From the human T2T-CHM13v2.0 reference genome, Homo sapiens: DNA of 64,000 nucleotides. Both the position numbers and the translations under genes were made by a program. The notes under the pieces were generated by a model. That model saw nothing but the letters and a program-made list of their open reading frames with translations. It ran no database searches and was not told the DNA's origin. This document shows positions 50,782 to 64,000 of the stretch, piece after piece. The DNA lies in assembly GCF_009914755.1 (NCBI RefSeq), contig NC_060930.1. One strand, 5' to 3'. The first letter of the stretch is position 1. Each line of letters opens with the position of its first letter.

Positions 50782-52694
50782 GGGCTTGGACCAATATTTT
50801 GTGTTAAGTTGTTGAGACTGAGACACAAAGATCAGATAACTGAAAACAGTTTTCCTGAAGAAGGAACTACTGATAATAAATCACTGCTTTGCTGCCTTTG
50901 AAATAATGTGCTTCCTCCTACCCCCTTTCTCTTTCTTTTTCTTTTTTAATCCTGAAAGGGGTAATTTCAGTTTTAAATACAAGAGGCTGAAAGTGGCTTC
51001 AGGCTTTTTCAATTAAAAGATTTAGTTTGCAACTTCTTTGCACTGGAAAAGACTAAATCTCTTGGAATCAGTTGACATGATGTTAAAATGGACTGTGCTA
51101 TTTCTTTAAAAGCCATGTACAATGGCCATTTCTCATCAAAAGGTGTTTTGGCTGTAGGCAAGCTTCTTAGTTCCATAACCTTATGGATGGTAAAGGACAG
51201 TTTCAAAAGGCATTTATACCTAGTTAACACTTTTTTTTTTTGACACACTATTAGATGTGACAATTTTCTTTTACATTAAATGGATAAAAGAATAAAAGGA
51301 ACAACCAACTTTCCCTGCTGTTTCAATAGTTTCAATTAGTTTATTTCCCCTCAATTGCTCCTTCAGATGGGCTAGATAAGATTTCACTATTTGGGGGGAT
51401 CGTTTTAAGCTTCTTTTCCAGCAGTTTGTTATTTTTAAAGCTCCAGTGATTCACTATAAAATGCATCTCCATCTGCAGGAAGCAATTCCTAAATTGCTTC
51501 ACTCAACAAATCCAAAACTGCTAGGCTCACTATAGCACAGAAATAGAACTGATTTGGAAAGGGATTACCTACTGGGTTCAGAAAAACCTCTTCTGAGAGA
51601 GGTTATGGCATGGAGCAGATCTCTGAATGCCAGAGGGAACTTTTATTTTATTGTATTTAGTAAGAATCGTTTGAAGTTTTGTTTATTGGTCTGAACTATT
51701 TCCTGGTAAAAATATACTTTGGTAACTAATATATATAAATTATGAGTTATTGCAAACTCCAGTTCCGAATTAAAATTTTCTAAGCAACTTAAAATTATGT
51801 CTGAATATACATACTTAAATACGTTTTTTTCCAGAACTTACTAAATCTTAAGTTGAATTTATTTCACTTAAGGTTAATCCTTTTCCCCACCTCCCCTTGG
51901 CACAAATATGCAAAATATTAACCTTTAGCCTGAAAATGTTATTTCCATTACTTATAGAATAGGGTCAAATATTTGGCATATATTTTATCTACATTAAAGT
52001 GTAACATGGGTTAGAAAATCTTGGTTTATATTAGTTGTTTTCAATCTAATTAAAGTAAAATAGAAACAAGAAAAAAATGCAGGTCAAGCGACAAGGAATT
52101 GTTTGCTAGTTTAATCACATATAGGAAGCTATTGTTATCCTTGAGACTTAGACAAGTTGACTATTCTATAGGATTTTTAAAGACAGGACATGATTTATCT
52201 TAATACTGTGTCAGCATTTTCCTGAAACTGATTTAGCCTTTTGCATTAAAAAGAAGAGACACACTAGAACTTTTAATTGAAAAAACCTGCAGCTACTTTC
52301 AACCTCTAATATCTAAAATCAAGTTATCTCTTTCTGAAAAGAACAAAAAGGAAGTAGCTAATCTTGAAGTTGTTCAGGAGTCATTTATTACCAAAAGTAT
52401 TTTTACTGACTGCCCCAATTCCTTCAGGAAACTTCAAGCTATGAAGAGCATAATATATAAAACAGACTATTTAAGGGATACTTTGTCTTATTACAAAAGT
52501 TGTCACTCAAGTCTCCAATAAATAGCTTCATACAAATTTTTTTTCAGGGATACACCATTTGCCACAGGCAAAACTGTCACATCGCATTTGGTTTTACACT
52601 GGAGTTCCTTGATGTTGTTCCATAAGCCTCCATGAGGGGCAGAGGAGCAGGCCTTCCATCCACTCTGCCATGCCTCGACCAGAGTTAGTTTGCT

Positions 52695-53200
52695 TTATTT
52701 ATTCATTCATTCATTCACCCACTCAACGTTTACTGAACTTTTTCCCTATTCCAGGCACTGCTAGGCACTGTACAACTGTGTTGAATGAAATAGATATCAT
52801 CCCGTTTTGCATTGAGTTTGCAATCTAGATGGTGAGACAAGAATTAAGTAACTAAATAGAAAATGACACATTATATTAAGTCCTAAAAGAGAATATCACA
52901 TTGGTGCTATGGGAGAGCACAGCAGGCGGCCTATTTTAGATAAATGGTTGGGGGAGAGTTTTCAGTGGAATTAATAATTAATCCGAAACATAAAAAATGC
53001 AAAATTGGGTAAGGTGAGGAATAGGAAATGTTTAAATAGTGAACAACAGATATGAATGCTAAGATATGAGAGAAAGTCTGACATAGTTCAGGACTGGAAA
53101 GTAGCCACTTTTGCCCAGAGTTCAGCAAAAAGGAGATTTGAAAAACTATACAGAGGCTAGATCATGTAGGATGTCTTTGATAACAAAATGTACTCAACAT
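52695..53200 (-). mobile_element. L2 3' region
   Basis: attcattcattcattc...tttactgaac...ccaggcactgctaggcactg. Confidence 0.75.
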
Positions 53201-53339
53201 GTAACTTAACCATAATTAGTGTGATTTTACTCCCCAGCAGCTGAAGGCAATACTCTACAAAAAATTCCAAATATATATTATAACATAGTATTCACCTTTG
53301 TTCAAAGAATTGATTCAGCCCATAATCAGTCACAACACC

Positions 53340-54385
53340 TCCTAGCATTTAGAGCAATGGCTTCCTTTACATATGGAACCAAATTTTGGAAGCCGAAGTT
53401 GGAACTTTCTTACTAAGGCCTCCAGGGCTGGATATGATCTGGCCCCTGTTCCACTCTGTGACTGGACTCTTTCCACTCTCTCACTGTGCTCTTGCTTCAC
53501 ATGTCCTTGGTGTGCCATGCCACATCACCACGGCTCCAACTGACTTTTAATGTAACTATGCTGACAGTTCCCTGGGAACTCAGACTCACTGCACTCTGAC
53601 AACTTCTCACCATAAACAGCAAACCATTTCTTCTACCCTTGTGAAAACACAGTCTGAAGGAGCAGAGTCAATGCCCCATGGGGGGAACTCTCAACCAACG
53701 TGGCTGGAAGTCAGCAGATAATTGCTTCTGCCTTTAGGTGAACACTTCTTGCAGATAATCTGTAGGCTACTCAGGATGTCCCAGCAGAATAGAATCCTCG
53801 AAGTAGGGACTCTACAACTCTGCTTAATGCCGGCTTTTCCCTCTGCCCTGTCTTCCTGTCCCGAGTCTTTCCCTTGCTCCTTGGGACTGCCTCCAATAAA
53901 TTGCTTGTAACTAAACCTGTGGTATAACCTCTGCTTTTGGGGGAATTCGAAGCTATGGTTCTGGTCTTTTTAATTTGCATACAGTCTGTGTTTGCTCCCC
54001 ATTTAGTTCCTTTGAGCTTGGCCTAGAACCTTCTTTCTCTTTTGTATGATACTCTCATGGCTGACGCCTTCTCATCATTCAGTTTCAGCCTCAATGTTAT
54101 TTCCTGAGAAGAGCCTTTCCTCTAATCCAGTGTTGTTCTCAACTGCTTGTCACTACTTCATTACGTAACTCTTAGTATGTTTATTATAACTGATCACTTT
54201 TGAGATGTGCGTATTTTCTTATTAACTTATTTTATTACACATTTACTTGTATTGTACCTAGAATTATAAGCTCCAGGAGAGCACAACCCTTACTATGCTG
54301 TGAAGGATTGTGCTCACAAAGTCTAGAACAATGGCTGTCATATAATGGTCATGCAGTAAATATGAGTTGAAGGAATTAACAAATG
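53340..54385 (+). mobile_element. L2, interrupted by an LTR16-like element
   Basis: atgatctggcccctg; 3' end agaattataagctccaggagagca...gtaaatatgagttgaaggaat. Confidence 0.7.
53525..53960 (+). mobile_element. LTR16A-like solo LTR
   Basis: gtcaatgccccatggggggaactctcaaccaa...aataaattgcttg...ctctgcttttgggggaa. Confidence 0.65.
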
Positions 54386-54611
54386 AAATTCAATGTGTTT
54401 TCAAGGTGGGATAATAGAATATAGAATAATGCTTTTCTTTTAAGAGCATGCATTTGAAACAGTCTCTTATAGTGTTTCCATTACTAAGAAGATACATCTG
54501 AAGCTTCCATCAAGTAAGTAAAAAGAATAAAAAAAAAATTCAAATTTTAGATGCAGCTGTCCTTTACTGGTAACTTTTCACTTATTTTTAGTTTTACTAA
54601 AATGTCCTAAC

Positions 54612-54790
54612 TGGATAGTAATTACCCTTGTGAGAGAGGGTATGTACTATCAGGGGACATAAGAGAGCCTCCTGGGGTGCTGAAAAATGTTACCTAGCTT
54701 GATTTGGGTTGTGGTTACATGGTTTTGTACATATGTAAGAATTCATTGAGATTTGTGTGCTTTACTGTATGTATGATATCTTTTATTTTA
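54612..54790 (+). mobile_element. L1ME/L1MC-type 3' end fragment
   Basis: ctggggtgctgaaaaatgtt...ttgatttgggttgtggttacatgg...ctttactgtatgtat. Confidence 0.7.
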
Positions 54791-55819
54791 AAAATCTTGA
54801 CCAAGTTCGTGCATGGGGAGCAAAAATACGCACCAATTTTGTAAGTTTTAAAAATATAAAGACCTCTTTAGTGTCAAATTTATTTTTCAGATAGTCCGTC
54901 AAATCCTGATTTTCGAAATCTTAGTTTGGTTGTTAAGGAATACCTTGATCATATTTTTACATTGAAGTTATCAAATACTTTATATTAACATAGGGAAAAA
55001 TCAATCTATACTATGTAAATTCTTGGAGAGGCGGAATCTTTCTTCTTCAATACACTTTTTTTTTTGAAAATGTACCTTTTTTTAGTGAAAATTGTGTATC
55101 AATTGGAAACACTTTATCAGCTGTCGTAGAAATAATACGCTATCTTAATCTTCTTTGCATTGGTCCTGTGAAGAAATTTTATAATGGGTAGGTGGAGTGT
55201 TTCCATTTTTATTAAATTTGTATTTGCTTGTTCTTTCCATTTGCATCTCATGCTAAATTACATGGCAAAATTAACACCAACTGAAGTGCAGGTTCTAAAT
55301 GGAAATCTATTATATCCTCCCATATTTTAATCAGGACTTATGTGTTTTATAAATGGCAATTAAGCTTTTCATGGAGTGCACTGGTAATGCTCATATAACA
55401 CGAAGCACCAAACATATAGGAGTAATCTCATAGCATTAGGGTAGATCCCAATTACTGGCCAAGTAGGCTACATCTTTTGTCATCTGGGTTGAGATGCTGG
55501 ATGTTCTCCATTCTGAAAGTATCTGCTCATTGTCCCATAGCTGCTCCATGAAAATCCATTTTTGGTGTTTGCTTCATTTTAGGAAGAGAACTAAACATTC
55601 TTCTCATAATTTAAGGACTCTTCCAGTGCCAACATGTCAATGATACTCATGGCCAATGAGTATCTCAATGATACTCTTTTTCTTTGATGCAATGATTTCA
55701 TTCACTTATTGATTCAGGCATTCAATAAATATTTATGAAGTTCTGATGTGTTAGGCACAGGTTTGCTAAGGTAGAAAGACACATAAGGTGTGACCATATC
55801 TGATCAAGATTTTAGTCTA

Positions 55820-55940
55820 AATTAGTAGTTCTTAAAGTTAGTTTTGCATCTGAATTACTAGTCAGAAATACAGATCTATAGTTCTCACCAAGGAGCTACT
55901 TACTAGAAGCAGAATCTGGGGGCATGGGAACTGAGTGAGT
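55820..55940. mobile_element. MER5-type MITE fragment
   Basis: tagtagttcttaaag...tgcatctgaattac...aaatacagat...gcagaatctggg. Confidence 0.5.
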
Positions 55941-57569
55941 TCCTAGATTAGAGATACACAGCTTTGATGGCCAGATTTTTAGCTCTCCATAATATTCCCT
56001 TTGCAAGAACTTGACCCAATTCGGGACTAAAAAGAAAATCTTTATATTGATCTGAGTCTCCCAACTGTTGTAGATGTAATCATTGGCTAGACTTGTACTC
56101 TTTTGAGCAATATTCTTCTTCCAATGTGAATGGCATGTAGTTAATATCAAATAAGTATTTGTTGAACAATAAACGACTGACTGACAGTCTTTCAACCATT
56201 CAAACTCAGCTGTCTTCAGGCTAATCATTTCTTATGGTATGGCTTCAAGACCTATATAGGAACTTGAATGTTGGCATCTGAGATTTCCTGGTAGTTAGGG
56301 TAAGAATGGGAACTTGATGCTCAATGCTTTTAATCATGCTTTGATTTTACAATGTCTAAATAATTTGTAAATTTTATGTTGAGCAAAAGGAAATAGCCCT
56401 TTATCTACTGGCTTGGGCCATACAAGGATCATCTTAAATCTATTTATCTATTTTATTTCAAGGAACATTGAATATTCTTTTGAGTACATTTTACAGGGTT
56501 AAAAGTTGATATATTTTAAGTTTGTATTTTAAGATATATTGTCTACAGAACAAGGCCTATGGTCAGTTTTCTAGGTTAGATAACATAAAAATGAAGTTAT
56601 AATTGGAAGTCCCATAGTTTGTACAGACTAAACAAAAGGAAAAAGTTGTATATGTGTGGCTGCATTCCAAAAAAAAGTGATGTTATTACTTTAGATCATT
56701 TTGTTAAACGTTTGGAACATTTCAAGAAGTAATGCTATGCAAGTTTCAACATAGCACATTCTCAAAATGAAAAACACTTCAGGGAATTTGGTAATAAGGT
56801 GATAACAAGATGATGAGGTGCTAAAGAAGTTAGTTTCTGCTTTGATTTTTTTTTAGTCCATTATCCTTATTGATGTCTTATAACACTTCGATCTATATAC
56901 TGACCTTTTATTCTGACTGCTACCTTCACTGTGCCTATCACACATTTTTGGGAGATGGCGATATATTATGAAAAGTTGAAAGTGCCCCCAAAAGCATTAA
57001 ATCAAATGCTATAAAATTGAGTGCTGACATTTTTCAAAAGTGCAAAAAGTACAATAGTGAGAGTTTCAGAGTGTCGAATATTACCATGGAAGGAAACTGG
57101 CCCTGGGAGAATTAAATCTGAGTATAGAAAATGAGGCAACTTTAATATTTGACACAAAAGGTTGTTTTCTTACTTTTTGCTAATGGAATATAATTAAGCA
57201 TTAATTGCTCTTATTCTCCTTTGAATCAGACATTCAAAGGGCAGGTAGGTCAGGATACTGTCTGGCTCATTTATTAGAAAAGCATGCAAACAGTTGACCT
57301 AGAAACACATTGACAGAACAAGGGCCTACTAGTGGGACAGCATCTGCAGGCATAAGCACCAGTTAGATATTAATATAAGCTCCAAATATGTAAGTACACT
57401 ACTTTTCTCCAGAGACATGCTACAGTTTCACTTCTTTATGTTGAGCATGGAATATAATGAGAATATATCCAGACCATTAAGTGACTAAAACTGAGAAAGG
57501 CCTTAACTAAAAGAGGAAAGAGGAATAAAAGGTGTTTTGTTTTTTTTTTTTTGTCTTTGAAAATAGAAT

Positions 57570-63960
<6,391 letters not shown>

Positions 63961-64000
63961 ACAGTGAAAAAGGGGAGTCATCAGTCCAAGCTTTAAATTT

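Overview
This is primate genomic DNA, most likely human, because it carries an Alu with all five AluYa5 diagnostic bases. The region is AT-rich and gene-poor, and roughly half of it is LINE-1. There are four full or near-full-length L1PA elements: 1-5438 (+), 18604-24859 (+), 43215-49324 (-) and ~57570-63960 (+). It also holds a nested L1-in-L1 insertion with a twin-priming inversion (11796-15326), older L1PB/L1M pieces, several Alus, MIR/L2 relics, solo LTRs (MLT1, MLT2A, LTR16-like, LTR41-like), DNA-transposon MITEs and microsatellites. Every long ORF I could assign is a broken L1 ORF1/ORF2/ORF0 piece, an Alu read-through or a chance ORF; I see no intact host protein-coding gene. The best non-repeat signals are a candidate promoter plus first exon of a spliced non-coding RNA (~29899-30061) and a strong splice acceptor at 28680. 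The most unusual signal is that neighbouring L1 copies of different subfamilies share private substitutions and indels in patches, including a 74-bp identical tract 58 kb apart, and one copy carries a patch resembling a younger L1. Together these suggest a local non-allelic gene-conversion network among L1s. I cannot support a new biological system beyond that. Subfamily calls come from remembered consensus sequences, not from a RepeatMasker run.
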